Below, one piece after another: positions 62,537 to 64,000 of a stretch of 64,000 nt of DNA. Position 1 is the first letter of the stretch. Each line of letters begins with the position of its first letter. The DNA lies in assembly GCA_965655095.1 (NCBI GenBank), contig OZ296650.1, forward strand, positions 24,800,001-24,864,000, read 5' to 3'. Below the pieces are notes generated by a model. The model did no database searches. It was given only the letters and a program-made list of their open reading frames with translations, and had not been told where the DNA came from. This DNA is from Haplodiscus bocki. Taxonomy: Eukaryota. The position numbers were made by a program, and so were the translations under genes.

Positions 62537-64000
62537 TAAGAATGAGTACTTTTTATTTAAAATATCAAGCGAAAATGTTAAGGCGTTTCTTACTTGTATA
62601 TAAATGTATAAGATTTAACTGAGTTTCTGTACACTTGTTATCAGTAGTATTCCTAGTATCGTGGCCCCTTCAAAAATCAAATATATTTAGTTGATTTGCT
62701 CTTCAGTATTCCGTTGAAGCAAGTGTTGCGAAGCACAACTTCGCCTCTGTGAAAGTAAGCAGTTGATTTCTTCCTGGATTTTTCATTTCGAGAGATTAGC
62801 TTTCGAGAAAAGCTTTTCAACTGGTCACAGTCACAGTTCGCCGACTTAGCGATTTCCGAATGCTTTTTTTCAGTGACTAGTGATAAAGATTTACTCATTG
62901 AACTTCTAATAAAAAGCGAAATATATGTAGAGAAGATTCGGTGCAACTTATTTATACCCTTTCATTTTCTTACAAAATATATTAATGTTATCAAAAAATA
63001 ACTCTAATGATTGACTATGATCAATGTTCCAAACTTTTTCTCAGTGAAAATTTATTCATTTTTTGCTCATTCAAACGCTTGGTCAAGCTGAAGGTATTTT
63101 GAAAAGATCTCGTTAAACAGGTTTGGGTAGTTCGTTTCTTTTTGGAAAAAAACTTATCATAAATGTCAAGAAAAAGGTGCTAATGATTAACAGCGACCGG
63201 TAATCAAAGTTTTTTCTCACTGTTTTGTATCTAAATTTGCTCCTTGAGCGTCAAATGGAAAGGTTATGGTCTGGGAACGATGTCATGGAACCACTTTGGG
63301 TCTTCCGCTTTTATTTTTACACTTGCGCAAGCAGGTGTTATATCACAGGCTTCTTTTTTCCGTTCCGTTCACTACTCACATTCGTGGCTAGATTTTAATA
63401 TTGCCTACATTTTCTTCATGCGCGCTCCCTTTCTTGCAAGTATTTGTTCATGCGCTCTCACTCAGTTGCAGAAATTTGTTCTCGTGGCCTATTTTCTAAC
63501 GTGCCCGCTTGTCTTAACTATAAAACGAATCAGCTCTAATGGCAGGTTGTATTTGTTAAACTGGTATATATTTTTATAAGAGTTAAGTGAGTTAAATAAA
63601 TTTAGGTTTAATTTTTTATCAGTGGTTTTCGTAATGTCGTGATCCCTCAAGTTAACTAATTGCACCATGAAACTAGCCAATTTTTTTCTTGGAACTGCAG
63701 CTGAAGGAATTAATTGACAGCAAACGTAACTCTTGATGGATAGATTTTGACTTTTAATGCGTCAATAGCCAAACACCAAAGAGGCCTATTTTTTCCAGAT
63801 GTTTCATGGCTTTCAAGCCGTATTTCTGTTGGTCGTTCTTTCATTGATAGGCGATCCGAGACTATGGAGAAATTCTTCAAAATTAGGTTCATTAAAGGAC
63901 TCGTTATTTCAGTACCCCTTTATAGTTGCAAATGGATATCATTAAAAAGTTACTCTGGTGAACCGAACAAATAGCAGGGGGTGAGATAGAAAATTCTCGG

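Overview
AT-rich eukaryotic (probably metazoan) repeat-dense region made almost entirely of nested, mostly decayed mobile DNA. All family calls come from hand translation and remembered motifs; no searches were run. Left to right: (1) debris of a Polinton/Maverick-type element, including a full-length but heavily mutated protein-primed PolB gene (~6.9-11.2 kb) with an apparent VSR-like nuclease insert; (2) a very degenerate Ty3/gypsy pol (~11.5-15.8 kb); (3) an N gap, then a young 5'-truncated LINE and an older CR1/L2-like LINE; (4) a very recent head-to-tail triplication of a ~7,285-bp unit (19785-41639). Each unit carries the LINE 5' half, a nucleoplasmin-domain coding exon, a DIRS-like RT/RNase H fragment, and the 5' LTR, gag and protease of a large LTR retroelement. 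(5) The rest of that retroelement (to 53525): RT, RNase H, integrase, a TARG1/OARD1-type macrodomain, an unknown accessory ORF, a ~3.5-kb foreign block with piggyBac-like remnants, an F-type envelope gene, PPT and 3' LTR. It sits inside a DIRS-like RT with a 3/4-matching 4-bp TSD. (6) LINE, hAT, SINE and microsatellite debris. The most interesting item is the enveloped Ty3/gypsy element that appears to encode its own ADP-ribose-removing macrodomain.
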